A stretch of 64,000 nucleotides of DNA from Gemmatimonadota bacterium (GCA_039586495.1 JBDHKG010000020.1:1181-65180); one strand, 5' to 3'; positions 1 to 12,082 are shown, counted from the stretch's first letter. Numbers and translations are program-made. The notes: generated by a model from the letters alone, not told the origin.

Positions 1-2197
<2,197 letters not shown>

Positions 2198-2304
2198 TGT
2201 CGCAGCAAGGCTTGCTAGATGTCGATTGCGTGAAGCCGCAGGCTACCGCCTCGCCGCGCCGCTGGCAAGCTGTAGGGGTCGAAAAGGATACTCTCGAAAG
2301 TAAG

Positions 2305-2338
2305 GCCGGGACGCGTCTGTAACGAGACGCGCCCCGGC
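2305..2338 (-). terminator. Possible intrinsic terminator for the tricorn protease gene: 14-bp stem hairpin with one mismatch.
   Basis: Inverted repeat gccgggacgcgtctg / cgagacgcgccccggc, followed on the minus strand by cttactttcg (moderately U-rich). It lies 36 nt past the tricorn stop codon. Confidence 0.4.
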
Positions 2339-2373
2339 TTGGCTGACGTCTACAAGCGGCTGTGCGCGGCCGC

Positions 2374-5300
2374 TCAGTTGCGCGGGATCCGGCTCTCGTA
2401 CGAGGGTCGCCGGCCCCTGACCGGCGGGTTCTCTTCCAGCAGCCGCATCACTTCCTGGATCGCCCGCTCGAGCTGCGGGTCGCGACCTCTGGCCAGCTCG
2501 GTGGGATCCTCGGGCACCTCGATGTCGGGGTCGACACCGTAGCCCTCCGCGAACCACACGCCGTCCGTGCTGTACATGCGGAAGGTCGGCACCGTGACGA
2601 TGCCGCCGTCGATGAGGCGCGGCACGCCGCTCATACCGATGAGGCCGCCCCAGGTGCGGCTCCCGATGAGCGGCCCGACGCCGTATTCCCTGAAGTAGTA
2701 GGGGAAGGCGTCGCCGCCCGAGCCGCTCCAGCCGTTGATCAGCATGACCTTGGGCCCGAAGTGGGAGACGGGCGGCCACTGCCAGTCAGCGCCGCTGCGC
2801 ACCGCCCAGAAGGCCAGCGGTGGCCGGTGCAGCAGCTCCACAAAGCGGTCGGGGATCTGGCCGCCGCTGTTGAAGCGCTCGTCGATGATCAGCCCGTCCT
2901 TGTGGAACTGCGCGGCGAACTGGCGGACCAGCTCGGTCTGTCCGTCGATCCCCGTGCTGCGCACGTAGATGTAGCCGACACGCCCGTCGGTCGCCTCATC
3001 CACGCGCGCCCGGTTCGCCTCGATCCAGGCCAAGTGACGAAGCCGTGTCTCGCTGGGACGAAGTCGCTCGCCGCTGTGAAGCGTCTCGACCAGCACCTTT
3101 CGCGCGCCATCCGTGCTCGGCCGGCTGTTCACGGTGAGCTCGACCGTCTCGCCCGCCATCCCTTGGAACGCGGCCCAGGGGTCCTTCGACGTATCGAGCG
3201 GCACACCGTTCACCGCCAGCACGTAGTCCCCTTCCTTCACGTCCACGCCGGGCCGCGCGAGCGGCGAGCGGACCTCGCTGTCCCACGGCGCGCCGTCGAT
3301 GATCTTCTTGATCCGGTAGGCGCCGTTCTCCAGCGACCAATCCACGCCCAAGAGACCGACACGGCGTTGCTGCGCGGATTCGGTGTCACCGCCGCCCCGA
3401 TAGGTGTGCGATGCGCTCAGCTCCGCGATCAGCTCGCCCAGCACGTAGTTGACGTCCCAGCGGGTCACGGCGTCCTCGATCAGACGGCCGTACCGCTCGC
3501 GCATGGCGTTCCAATCGACGCCGTGCATGTTGGGATCGTAGAAGAAATCCCGTTCGAGACGCCACGCGTCCGTGAACAGCTGCCGCCACTCCGCCCGCGG
3601 GTCTATCGTTGCCTCCAGCTCGCTCGTGCGCAGCCGCTTCTCCAACTTCTGGTTCGGCTTCACCTCGACGATGAACCACCCTTGGCGCGCAACCAGCATC
3701 TTCTTGCCGTCGGCGGTCACGACGAAGCTCTCTGCATCCTCCACCACCGTCTTCTCTTCACGTTCCTTCAGATCCCAGTAGACGACCGGGCTCTCGTCGT
3801 CGCCCGAGCCCGTCCTCGGCAGCCGCCGATACAGCAGCTTGCCGGAGACAGCTTGCAGCTGGCTGTAGTTGCCCGCCTCCGGCGGCAGCACGACTAGGCG
3901 CTGCTCGAAGCTCTCCAGCTCGATCCCTACCGGCTGCTCGCCCTCTTCTCTCTCCTCCTTCTCTTCCTCCTCGCCCTCTCCCTCCGCAGCTTCCTCGTCG
4001 CTGCGCGGTGCCAGCGGCGACGGCACGTCGGAGCGCAGCGAGACGGCGACGATGTTGGTGGTGTTCGGGTAGATCCACGAGTTGTCCACGTCGCTGTACG
4101 ACGGCCGGAACGTGCGGTTCGAGAGGTGATGGAGCCTGCCTTCCCGCGTATCGTAGAGGAAGATCGCGTCCTGTCGGCTCTCGAGCCCGCGCGAATAGGC
4201 CAGCCAGCGGCTGTCCGGCGACCAGCTGACCCGGAAACCGTTGAGGTCACCATGAATCATCCACATGTCCCGGTCGATCTCGGTCGTGCGCCTGCGCTCC
4301 AGGTCGTGGACGTAGATCCGCTTCGCATGGTCGACGAACGCGAGCTTCTTGCTGTCCGGCGACCAGTAGGGCCGGTAGCGGTAACCGGCGCCGAGTGACG
4401 TCGGGCGCTGTTCTGTGCCCGAGCCGTCCGCTGGCCGGATCGTCAGCTCGTACTCGCCGGAACGGTCGCTCCAGTAGGCGATGTACACCCCGTCCGGCGA
4501 CCAGGTGGGGTAGCGCTCCGCCACACCCGAGCTGGCCGTCAGGTTGCGGATCGGGCCGTGCTCCGCCGGCACCGTGAACACGTCGCCGCGTGCCTCAAAG
4601 ACTGCCCGCGCACCCGTCGGCGAGACCCAGCCGGTTGTGTCTTGCGGGGCGACGTTTTCGGTACGCGGCTTCAGCGTCGCCAGGTCCGTCACCACATCGA
4701 CCTCGACCTCGTGATATCGCTCCGTCGCCAGGTCCAGCAGGTAGAGCCGCCCGCCCGCCTCGAAGACGATCTCCGAGGGCCCGATGGCCGGGAAGTGGAT
4801 GTCGAAGTCGCCTAAGTCCGTCACCTGGCGGAAGGCCTGGGAGTCCAGGTCATAGGCCCAGATGTTGTGCCGCTGGCTGGGACCGCGGTCCGAGAGGAGG
4901 TACAGCGTGCGGCCGTGCCACATGGGGTGGGACTCGTTGGCGTCGCTGGTCGTGATGTTGCGGGAAGAGTAGTCCTCGAGGTTGAAGAGCCAGATGTCGG
5001 GCGCCATGCCACCGCGATAGCGCTTCCAGGTGCGGAAGTCGCGGCTGATCGGTATGTAAGCCAGCCACTCTCCGTCGGGCGAGATTGCGCCGAACTCGCC
5101 GTAGGGAACTGGCAGCTTCTCGGGCAGGCCGCCGTCCTTCGCGGTCCGGAAGAACTGGTTGAAGCGCTGGCGGCCGCTCTCCATGGACGACGCATACAGG
5201 ATGCTGTTGCCGTCCGGGTACCAGTCGAGCACGCGATCGTCCATCGGATGATGGGTGATCCGCACCGGCCCGCCGCCCATCGTCGGGATCGTGTAGATGT

Positions 5301-5568
5301 CGGTGTTCCCGTCGTAGTTCCCGCTGAAGGCGATGGTCGAGCCGTCCGGCGAGAACCTGGGGAACGACTCCTCGCCGCGCGGCGAGCTGAGTCGCACGGC
5401 TGTGCCCCCGGTCTTGGGGACGACCCAGATATCGCCGGCATAGACGAAGGCGATGTGCGTCTGCGAGACGTCCGGCTGCCTGAGCATCCGGGCATCCACC
5501 TGTGCCTGGAGCGTTCCCGCGGACAGTGCCAGGAACGCTAGTATCCAGAGAAACCGAGTTTGGCGCAT
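2374..5568 (-). CDS. Tricorn protease homolog: N-terminal beta-propeller/TolB-like repeats, a PDZ domain and a C-terminal S41 peptidase domain, with a signal peptide.
   Basis: 1064 aa ORF. It contains many WD/TolB-like blades, and the C-terminal segment 'GYIYVRSTGIDGQ...NGWSGSGGDAFPYYF' is S41-like. The N-terminus MRQTRFLWILAFLALSAGTLQAQ is a signal peptide. An acidic poly-E insert sits at about 3915..3990. Confidence 0.88.
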   Translation of the reverse strand: MRQTRFLWILAFLALSAGTLQAQVDARMLRQPDVSQTHIAFVYAGDIWVVPKTGGTAVRLSSPRGEESFPRFSPDGSTIAFSGNYDGNTDIYTIPTMGGGPVRITHHPMDDRVLDWYPDGNSILYASSMESGRQRFNQFFRTAKDGGLPEKLPVPYGEFGAISPDGEWLAYIPISRDFRTWKRYRGGMAPDIWLFNLEDYSSRNITTSDANESHPMWHGRTLYLLSDRGPSQRHNIWAYDLDSQAFRQVTDLGDFDIHFPAIGPSEIVFEAGGRLYLLDLATERYHEVEVDVVTDLATLKPRTENVAPQDTTGWVSPTGARAVFEARGDVFTVPAEHGPIRNLTASSGVAERYPTWSPDGVYIAYWSDRSGEYELTIRPADGSGTEQRPTSLGAGYRYRPYWSPDSKKLAFVDHAKRIYVHDLERRRTTEIDRDMWMIHGDLNGFRVSWSPDSRWLAYSRGLESRQDAIFLYDTREGRLHHLSNRTFRPSYSDVDNSWIYPNTTNIVAVSLRSDVPSPLAPRSDEEAAEGEGEEEEKEEREEGEQPVGIELESFEQRLVVLPPEAGNYSQLQAVSGKLLYRRLPRTGSGDDESPVVYWDLKEREEKTVVEDAESFVVTADGKKMLVARQGWFIVEVKPNQKLEKRLRTSELEATIDPRAEWRQLFTDAWRLERDFFYDPNMHGVDWNAMRERYGRLIEDAVTRWDVNYVLGELIAELSASHTYRGGGDTESAQQRRVGLLGVDWSLENGAYRIKKIIDGAPWDSEVRSPLARPGVDVKEGDYVLAVNGVPLDTSKDPWAAFQGMAGETVELTVNSRPSTDGARKVLVETLHSGERLRPSETRLRHLAWIEANRARVDEATDGRVGYIYVRSTGIDGQTELVRQFAAQFHKDGLIIDERFNSGGQIPDRFVELLHRPPLAFWAVRSGADWQWPPVSHFGPKVMLINGWSGSGGDAFPYYFREYGVGPLIGSRTWGGLIGMSGVPRLIDGGIVTVPTFRMYSTDGVWFAEGYGVDPDIEVPEDPTELARGRDPQLERAIQEVMRLLEENPPVRGRRPSYESRIPRN

Positions 5569-5738
5569 CTCTGACCTCGCGATTCAGGTTTGAGTTGTAT
5601 GGCTTTGAGGGCGTGTGGAACCGTAATGTCTGTCTGTTAGACGTCGCAAGGACTGAAATGGCTGCCCGCCGGGCGCGTGGCTCATTCTGCCGCCGCCGGG
5701 CCGGTCACGCCGCGCCGCAGATCCGCCTCCGCGGCGCT

Positions 5739-6668
5739 TTAACCGAATGCTGCCCAACCTGGTCCTTTGAGGACATTACGGAGAACGCGCTCCGCCTGTT
5801 TCGGGCGGCCGCTGTAAGCGTGCCAGTTGGCGATCCCGTAACCCAGCGTGGCGTTCTCGATGGGATCGCCCGACCCCGACTCCGCCAGCAGCGCATCCGG
5901 CGTTAGCTCGCCTTTGTACATGAGCAGGAGCCGATGGTAGCTCGCGTTCTCGATGATGTCCATGTCCGCATGGATGGGCTCCAGCACGGCCGCCGCCTCC
6001 GCCTCGCGCCCCAGCCGCCTCAGCGTCATGTAGAGCCAGTGCGAGGTGGCGGCCAGCATGTCCGGGTTGTTCGAGACCTTCAGGCATTCCCGGTAGGCGC
6101 GCAGCGCATTCTCCAGGTCACCGTTCAGGTAGTGGGCGAGCCCCAGGTGGTACCAGATGTTGGAGTGCAGCGAGCTGGTCGGGATGTTGCGGGCGTTGGG
6201 CAGTCCATCCGGCTCGACCTCGTCCGCTGTCCCGGCGACGAGCTGTGCCGCCCGCTCCAGGTCGGCAATTGCGTGGTCGAACTCGCGCACCGTGATGTAG
6301 CGGTGTCCGCGGTGTCGGTACATCCGGGCGTCGTCCGGGTGCTTCTCGATCCCTTCGCTGTAGATGGCGATCGCCTCCCGGTAGTCGCCCAGGTAGGCGG
6401 TGCGCCGGCCCAGCCAGATGATCGCGTCAGCAGCGCTCGGATCGCGATCGTAGTCAGCGCGGGCCTCCGCCAGCTGCGCTTCCCGCTCGGCAAGTGCATC
6501 CGGGGGCAGCTCCGGCGGGTAGAGCGTGTCACCGAAGAGCGAGATCGCCTGGGCCCCGGGCGGTAGCTCCGCCGGGCCGCCCGTGCCGGGTCGCTCGCCT
6601 GTTTCGCCGCAGCCGACGAGCAGGACCGCTGCCGAAAGAGCGGCTGAGAGAACGGACGTCGTACGCAT
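5739..6668 (-). CDS. TPR-repeat lipoprotein.
   Basis: The ORF extends to 6743, but the internal ATG at 6668 gives MRTTSVLSAALSAAVLLVGC, a lipobox signal, with an AGGTGGAGGAG SD just upstream. The body is TPR-like ('YHLGLAHYLNGDLENALRAYRECLK'). Confidence 0.6.
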   Translation of the reverse strand: MRTTSVLSAALSAAVLLVGCGETGERPGTGGPAELPPGAQAISLFGDTLYPPELPPDALAEREAQLAEARADYDRDPSAADAIIWLGRRTAYLGDYREAIAIYSEGIEKHPDDARMYRHRGHRYITVREFDHAIADLERAAQLVAGTADEVEPDGLPNARNIPTSSLHSNIWYHLGLAHYLNGDLENALRAYRECLKVSNNPDMLAATSHWLYMTLRRLGREAEAAAVLEPIHADMDIIENASYHRLLLMYKGELTPDALLAESGSGDPIENATLGYGIANWHAYSGRPKQAERVLRNVLKGPGWAAFG

Positions 6669-6845
6669 ACTCCTCCACCTCGTTGCGGATTGCGCCGTGT
6701 ATGCTAAGCGCTGCAAATCGCCGCTGCCACTGGCCGTTGCCACTCTGTTGCCTCTCTTGGCGCTGGCCCTGCGAGGTGAGGCTGCTGCGCGAACCGGAGG
6801 GTTCCCGGGTCGTTCACTCAGCTGGGATGACTCGAGCGGAGAGAC

Positions 6846-7625
6846 TCAGGCTTTGCGCTGGCGTTTGGTCCGCCGCTGCCGGATTTCGGCGTGCTGGGCT
6901 CTGATGGCCTCCATCACCTTATCCACGATCGCCTGCGCCGTCTCGCGGGTGCGCGGCTTGTCCAGGAACTCCGAGTAGTCGAGCGGTGGCCCGTATCTTA
7001 TGTAGATTCGCTTCCCGATCCGCGGGATGATTCTGCCGATCGGTAGCACCTCCCGCATCCCGTCGATCGCTACCGGTATCACGCGCGGCCGCGTCGCCAG
7101 GATCAACAGGCCCGCCCCTGGCCTCCCGTCTTCCACGTCCCCGGTGCGGCTGCGGGTCCCCTCCGGGAAGAGGATGACCGTTCCCTGAGGCAGCACCTCG
7201 ATCATCTTGTGCAGCGCGTGCAGATCGCGGCGCCCTGGCCTGACCGGGATACAACGTGAGTGGCTGGAAAACCAGGCGATCAGCCGGTTCCTGAAGAAGT
7301 TCTCGCGCGCCGCTGGATGCCAGGCTACGAGGTACGGCTTGAACCACGACTTCGGGTAGTACGCCCCGATACCGATCGGCATGCTGTCGATCATCGACTG
7401 ATGGTTGGACAAGAGAAGCGTGTTCGGCTCCTCGCCGACGTACTTGCGCCCGCGCACCGTCGTCCGGTTCAGGAGGAAGAAGAAGAACGAGGCGAACGTG
7501 ACGGTGATGTTGACAACCAGGTAGCTCGTGAGGTGCCAGATGATGTTGGACAGCCAGCCGGGGCGTCCCCGGGCCTGTGACCCGACGAACCGGATGAACC
7601 GTTTGATTCCGCTGCGTGCTCCCAT
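6846..7625 (-). CDS. plsC: 1-acyl-sn-glycerol-3-phosphate acyltransferase (PlsC family).
   Basis: Carries the HxxxxD motif 'NHQSMIDS' and the 'FPEGTRS' acyltransferase motif, plus an N-terminal TM helix. Confidence 0.85.
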   Translation of the reverse strand: MGARSGIKRFIRFVGSQARGRPGWLSNIIWHLTSYLVVNITVTFASFFFFLLNRTTVRGRKYVGEEPNTLLLSNHQSMIDSMPIGIGAYYPKSWFKPYLVAWHPAARENFFRNRLIAWFSSHSRCIPVRPGRRDLHALHKMIEVLPQGTVILFPEGTRSRTGDVEDGRPGAGLLILATRPRVIPVAIDGMREVLPIGRIIPRIGKRIYIRYGPPLDYSEFLDKPRTRETAQAIVDKVMEAIRAQHAEIRQRRTKRQRKA

Positions 7626-7773
7626 CAGCGATGCTCCGGACCTAGGCTGTGCTGCGCACCAAGCTAAGCCGCGCGTGGGCGCACCGACAAGGACATACGG
7701 AGGGCGCTATGAAAGCGCCGGCTGAGTTCGCGAAGCACCTTCCGGGAAACCAGGCTGCGGATACATTGGGCGC

Positions 7774-8742
7774 ATGATCGCCGCTCCCTCTTCCGGCGCG
7801 CGGGGCCTCGTGCCCACGGGTTTGCGGTACATGCTCGCCAGCGCCTTCTTCTTCAGCCTCATGAGCCTGCAGGTGAAGGCAGCGGGCCGCGGCCTGCCCA
7901 GCCAGGAGATCGTGCTGGCGCGCGGGCTTGTGAGCCTGGTCCTCAGCTACTGGCTGGTCCGGCGTGCGGGCGTATGGCCGTGGGGCCGGCGCCGCTGGAT
8001 CCTCATCCTCCGGGGGCTCCTTGGCTTCGCGGCCATGAGCTGTTTCTACTTCGCCCTCACCCGGCTGCCCATCGCCGAGGCGACCGTTCTGCATTTCACC
8101 AACCCGCTGTGGACGGCGCTGTTCGCCGCGCTGCTCCTCGGTGAGCGACTCACTCGCCGGGTGCTCGGTCCCATCCTGGTGAGCTTCGCCGGTGTCATAC
8201 TGATCACGCGGCCCGCTTTCCTGTTCGGGGGCGCCGCAGCGGAGATCGATCCGCTGGGCCTGGGTGTGGTGCTGCTCGGCGCCATGTTCAGCGCCGGCGC
8301 CTACGTGGCGGTGCGCGAGGCGAGCAAGACCGAGCACCCGCTCGTGATCGTCTTCTACTTCCCCATGGTAGCCGTGCCGGCGACGCTGCCGTTCGCGTCG
8401 AGCTTCGTCTGGCCGCAGGGATGGGAGTGGCTCTTGTTGCTGGGCGTTGGCGTGAGCACGCAGATCGGCCAGGTCTATCTCACGCGCGGGCTCAGCCTCG
8501 AGCCGGCGGGCCGCGCGATGACCGTCGGCTACACGCAGATCGTGTTCGTGACGCTCTGGGGCATGGTCTTCTTCGCCGAGTACCTGGACCTGTGGAGCAC
8601 CGCGGGCTCGCTCCTGGTGATCGCCGGCACCCTCGCCGTCGCCGTGATCAGCCGGGCCGCGGTGCCCGGCGCGGCGCACACGGAGCGCGTCGAGCGCCCG
8701 GAAGGGCCGCGGGAGGGTATCGCGGGCAGGGTTGCTGACTAG
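7774..8742 (+). CDS. DMT superfamily (EamA-like) transporter.
   Basis: About 10 TM helices with two EamA-like halves. An alternative start at M20 (MLASAFFF) is possible. Confidence 0.8.
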   Translation: MIAAPSSGARGLVPTGLRYMLASAFFFSLMSLQVKAAGRGLPSQEIVLARGLVSLVLSYWLVRRAGVWPWGRRRWILILRGLLGFAAMSCFYFALTRLPIAEATVLHFTNPLWTALFAALLLGERLTRRVLGPILVSFAGVILITRPAFLFGGAAAEIDPLGLGVVLLGAMFSAGAYVAVREASKTEHPLVIVFYFPMVAVPATLPFASSFVWPQGWEWLLLLGVGVSTQIGQVYLTRGLSLEPAGRAMTVGYTQIVFVTLWGMVFFAEYLDLWSTAGSLLVIAGTLAVAVISRAAVPGAAHTERVERPEGPREGIAGRVAD

Positions 8743-8832
8743 GAGATCTGTGGCACAGGGCCGGCCCTCACTGGACCGGCCCCGACCACCTATACGCTGC
8801 AGGGGCAAGCTCCGACGCAGCCCTTATGTCAG

Positions 8833-9438
8833 CTACATCCTCCTGTTAGCCAGGACATCCCAGCCGGCACTGACTGTACCCCGCGAGCGCCCTCGTGGAT
8901 CGATGTCGTTGTAGTTCCAGACGATCCTCGCAAAGCTCAGCCGCACCTCCTCCATGACCGGCCCGGACGACTCGCTGCCCGTCATGGCAGTCGTGATCAT
9001 CACATCGGTGAGCCTGACGCTGCCGATCGGTGAGGTGCTGCCGGGAGCGTAGAACACGAGCTCGGCCTCCGGATAGTGCCTGCCCTCGGCGCAGGCGACG
9101 GCGAGCAGAGGACTCGACTTGTCGATGGACTTCGTGACCGCGACATCCTGGAACTGAGCTCGGCCGGCGGTTCGCGCTCCACCGGTCGGGACAGCGCCGG
9201 CGCTACTGGCCAGGCCGTAGTTGAAGCTCAAAACCTCGATCCAGTTCTCGTGACCGGCTCGCGTCGCCCCACCCTCGATGCCTTCGATCCGCAGGAAGGC
9301 GTTGGCGGCCGCCGCGAGTGGCGCTAGCGAGTCCGTCGCAGCGCTGCCGGTTCTGTCCGCCGACACAGCCGCGGTGAGAGTCAGGGCGCCGAGAGCGAGC
9401 GCGGCCGCGAGAAGCGTCATTGGCTGTCTGCGAAACAT
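8833..9438 (-). CDS. Hcp-family (T6SS tube protein-like) protein with an N-terminal signal-peptide-like extension.
   Basis: Matches Hcp1: 'AFLRIEGIEGG..HENWIEVLSFNYG' ~ 'MFIKIGDVKGES..HAEEIDVLAWSWG', and 'FQDVAVTKSIDKSSPLLAVACAEGRHYPEAELVF' ~ 'LSFTKYIDKSTPNLMMACSSGKHYPQAKLTI'. The N-terminus is MFRRQPMTLLAAALALGALTLTAAVSA. Confidence 0.7.
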   Translation of the reverse strand: MFRRQPMTLLAAALALGALTLTAAVSADRTGSAATDSLAPLAAAANAFLRIEGIEGGATRAGHENWIEVLSFNYGLASSAGAVPTGGARTAGRAQFQDVAVTKSIDKSSPLLAVACAEGRHYPEAELVFYAPGSTSPIGSVRLTDVMITTAMTGSESSGPVMEEVRLSFARIVWNYNDIDPRGRSRGTVSAGWDVLANRRM

Positions 9439-9565
9439 ACTCCCCTCCTTGGTTATGGAGACCAGCGTTGGCTCAGATGTTGTCAGTCAACCTGAGACGA
9501 GACCGAAGATCGCAACGCCGCTGAGCTGGAGCCCCAGAGTCGCGGGCATGACTTGCGCCTGCTCG

Positions 9566-9928
9566 TCAGAGGCGATCGAGCTCTTCCACCGTGCGCTCGC
9601 TCCGCACGTTCCCGGTGTTCAAGGTGGACTGGGGCTCCAACACCAGCACGTGGACTTCTTCCGGCGCGACGGGCAGATGCTCCACGCCGTGCGGGATGAT
9701 CACGAACTCGCCTTCGTCCAGCCAGATGTCGCGATCGCGCAGCTTCATCTGAAGCCTGCCCTTGACCACGAGGAAGAGTTCGTCCTCTTCGTCGTGGTGG
9801 TGCCAGACGAACTCGCCCTGCAGCTTGACCAGCTTGACGTGGAAGTCGTTGACTTCACCGACGATCTTCGGGCTCCACAGGTCGGGGAATAGCGACAATT
9901 TCTCCGTGATGTTGACCTTCTCCACCAT
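9566..9928 (-). CDS. Cupin-domain protein.
   Basis: 120 aa with a cupin_2-like core: 'HHHDEEDELFLVVKG...IIPHGVEH'. Confidence 0.8.
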   Translation of the reverse strand: MVEKVNITEKLSLFPDLWSPKIVGEVNDFHVKLVKLQGEFVWHHHDEEDELFLVVKGRLQMKLRDRDIWLDEGEFVIIPHGVEHLPVAPEEVHVLVLEPQSTLNTGNVRSERTVEELDRL

Positions 9929-9980
9929 CGCTCACCTTCCGCTCAGGTTATTTCCGGAGGTAGACGCTTTGCTCTCTCGA

Positions 9981-10913
9981 TCACTCGGCTACGCCGGCCG
10001 ACACCGCCACGGGAAGATCCGCGCGGCTGCTCCACTCCTGGAACGAGCCATCATAAACACTCGCATTGTAGCCCAGGTAGCGCGCGGCGAGGTACGCGAC
10101 GCTCGCCGCCTGCCCGATGAAGCAGTAGCTCACCACCTGGTCGCCCGGCCCCACGCCGGCGGCAGCGAACGCCTGGCTCAAGCTTTCCCGATCCTTGAAC
10201 TTCAGCGTCGGCTCGACCAGCGAGGTAAAGGGGAGGCTCTGAGCGCCGGGGATGTGGCCCACCCGCATGTCAGGGCGGCTGCGGGCGCCGGTGTAGTACT
10301 CCGCCGGCCGCGCATCCAGGAGGATGACGCCGGGGTCCTCACGGTGTTCGATCAGCCAATCGATTGTGGTGATGACATCCGCGCGCGGCTGCGGGGTGAA
10401 GTCTCCCGCGCTGAGCGCCGGCAGCTCGATCGTCACGGGCCGCCCCTCCGCCATCCAGGCCGCCAGGTTCCCAGCCATGACGGAAGTCCGCGAGCCGAGA
10501 CCCAGGTAGTCAAGGGTCAGGAATACGCGAGCCGCGGGCGCTACCCAGTCGCCCGTGAAGTATACCACGATGCGCGATTCGTCCGAGACGCCCAGAGCCT
10601 CGAACGTCCCCTCGAGCTGGGCGACGGGCGGCAGCTCCAGCCTGAGTTCCTGTTCCGGCGGCGTGGAGATCATCCCGAGGTCGAGGTAACGTGCGTCAGG
10701 AAGATGCCCGGCTTGATATCCTTCCGGGGGCCCGACGTGGATCAGCACCAGTTCGTCGTTTCCCAGGCGCTCGGCGACCCACTCGGTCGAGACGATCGGC
10801 TCCTGCCGTGGCTCCTCACTGGGCTGCTCAGCGCGCCGGCAACCGGTCAGCGTGACAGTGCCTGCGGCCAGTAAGGTAAGGGCGAATCGAAACGTGTGGT
10901 TGCGGCTGGACAT
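9981..10913 (-). CDS. Two-domain rhodanese-like sulfurtransferase lipoprotein (thiosulfate/3-mercaptopyruvate sulfurtransferase, SseA-like).
   Basis: Tandem rhodanese domains. The second carries the active-site Cys ('VVSYCFIGQAASVAYL...VYDGSFQEWS'). The internal start at 10913 gives MSSRNHTFRFALTLLAAGTVTLTGC, a lipobox signal, with GAGGAGGAG upstream. The ORF-track start at 11126 is probably too long. Confidence 0.8.
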   Translation of the reverse strand: MSSRNHTFRFALTLLAAGTVTLTGCRRAEQPSEEPRQEPIVSTEWVAERLGNDELVLIHVGPPEGYQAGHLPDARYLDLGMISTPPEQELRLELPPVAQLEGTFEALGVSDESRIVVYFTGDWVAPAARVFLTLDYLGLGSRTSVMAGNLAAWMAEGRPVTIELPALSAGDFTPQPRADVITTIDWLIEHREDPGVILLDARPAEYYTGARSRPDMRVGHIPGAQSLPFTSLVEPTLKFKDRESLSQAFAAAGVGPGDQVVSYCFIGQAASVAYLAARYLGYNASVYDGSFQEWSSRADLPVAVSAGVAE

Positions 10914-11152
10914 GAGTCGGGCTCCTCCTCGCTGTGCTGCATCAAGGACGTGTCGACTAAGGTGTGTCGGCTGACAAGCTAGGGCACGGCGTGGACCTCT
11001 CCAAGGGGTGGCGGGCAGCGACCGGCGACCGGTCACGCTGGCCTTCGCCCGTCTGGAGTGGCGTTCGTTGCTGCCGCGCGCCGGGCACGGCATATTGCCT
11101 GGGGCATACCCCCCGATCGCCCGCACTCCTCAAGGGTCGAGTTGACGGAACC

Positions 11153-12082
11153 ATGGACGAGGGCGGTTCCAGACTGCAGCTCTTACTGGCGGAGCTCAGG
11201 CGCCGTAAGGTCTTCCGCGTCGCCGTCGTCTACGCTGCTGTCGCCTTCGTCATCTGGCAGATCGCCGAGATCGCCGTCCCCGGCCTGAACCTCCCCTCCT
11301 GGGTGCTCACCCTGGTCATCCTGCTCACCGCACTCGGCTTCCCCATCGCCGTCGGCCTCGCCTGGGCGTTCGACATCACGCCGGAGGGTGTCAAACGCAC
11401 CGAGCCGGAGGGCACGGCGGTCGAGCGGTTGGCGGTGCCGACTGTCGAAGTCGCGGCGGAGCGGAAATCGATCGTCGTGCTGCCGTTCGACAACATGAGC
11501 CCCGATCCCGCAGATGCGTACCTCAGCGACGGCCTGACCGAGGAGATCATCACCGGCCTATCCTGCTGCGGCCCGCTGCGCGTGATCTCGCGCAACTCGG
11601 CCCGGGCCCTCAAGGGCACACAGAAGGACACCCGCACCATCGCGCGGGAGCTCGATGTCCAGTACGTGCTCGAAGGCAGCGTGCGCAAAGCGAAGCGGTG
11701 GCGCAAGCCGAGGCCGTCACGCCGCACTTGCCGCAAAGCGCTGTCGGCACGATGCCGGATGAAGAGACCTGGCTCGAGACACCACCGAGCCACTATATCG
11801 AGATCCAAATCTACTACGAGATGGGCCACAGCTATGACGACGCTCTCGAGGCCCTGGTCGAGACGCTGGTTCGGACAGGAACGAGCCCGGAGTCGGCGAC
11901 GGCCTATGAACGAAGATGGCAGGGCTTGGATTGGGACGGCCTCTGGGTCTTCGATCTCTCTGCGTCGGCTTCGCTTCCCTGTCACTGGTGCCAGGCCATC
12001 GCCTATCAGCCCGTTCTTCAGGACGCTGGAAGACGACCCAGAGTACGTCGAACTCTTGCACGTGATGGGCCTGAGGCCCTGA
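11153..12082 (+). pseudogene. Degraded head copy of the receptor/TPR paralog family. The N-terminal module and the C-terminal end motif are intact; the middle is scrambled or deleted.
   Basis: Starts MDEGGSRLQLLLAELRRRKVFRVAVVYAAVAFVIWQ. The N-terminal module runs to 'LEGSVRKA' (~11690), then the frame dissolves into basic low-complexity sequence. A second frame (11698..) is more protein-like. The in-frame tail 'FFRTLEDDPEYVELLHVMGLRP' matches the family C-terminus ('SDPRYQELLRRVGL'). Confidence 0.5.

Noticed and set aside
2362-3897. 511-aa plus-strand ORF overlapping the tricorn protease.
   Set aside because: Antisense to a gene with clear domain architecture (propeller, PDZ, S41). The composition is junk-like.
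8833-9438. A complete type VI secretion system locus around the Hcp-like gene.
   Set aside because: No TssB/C, VgrG, TssM, ClpV or other core T6SS genes are within the window. The neighbours are a DMT transporter, a cupin and a rhodanese.
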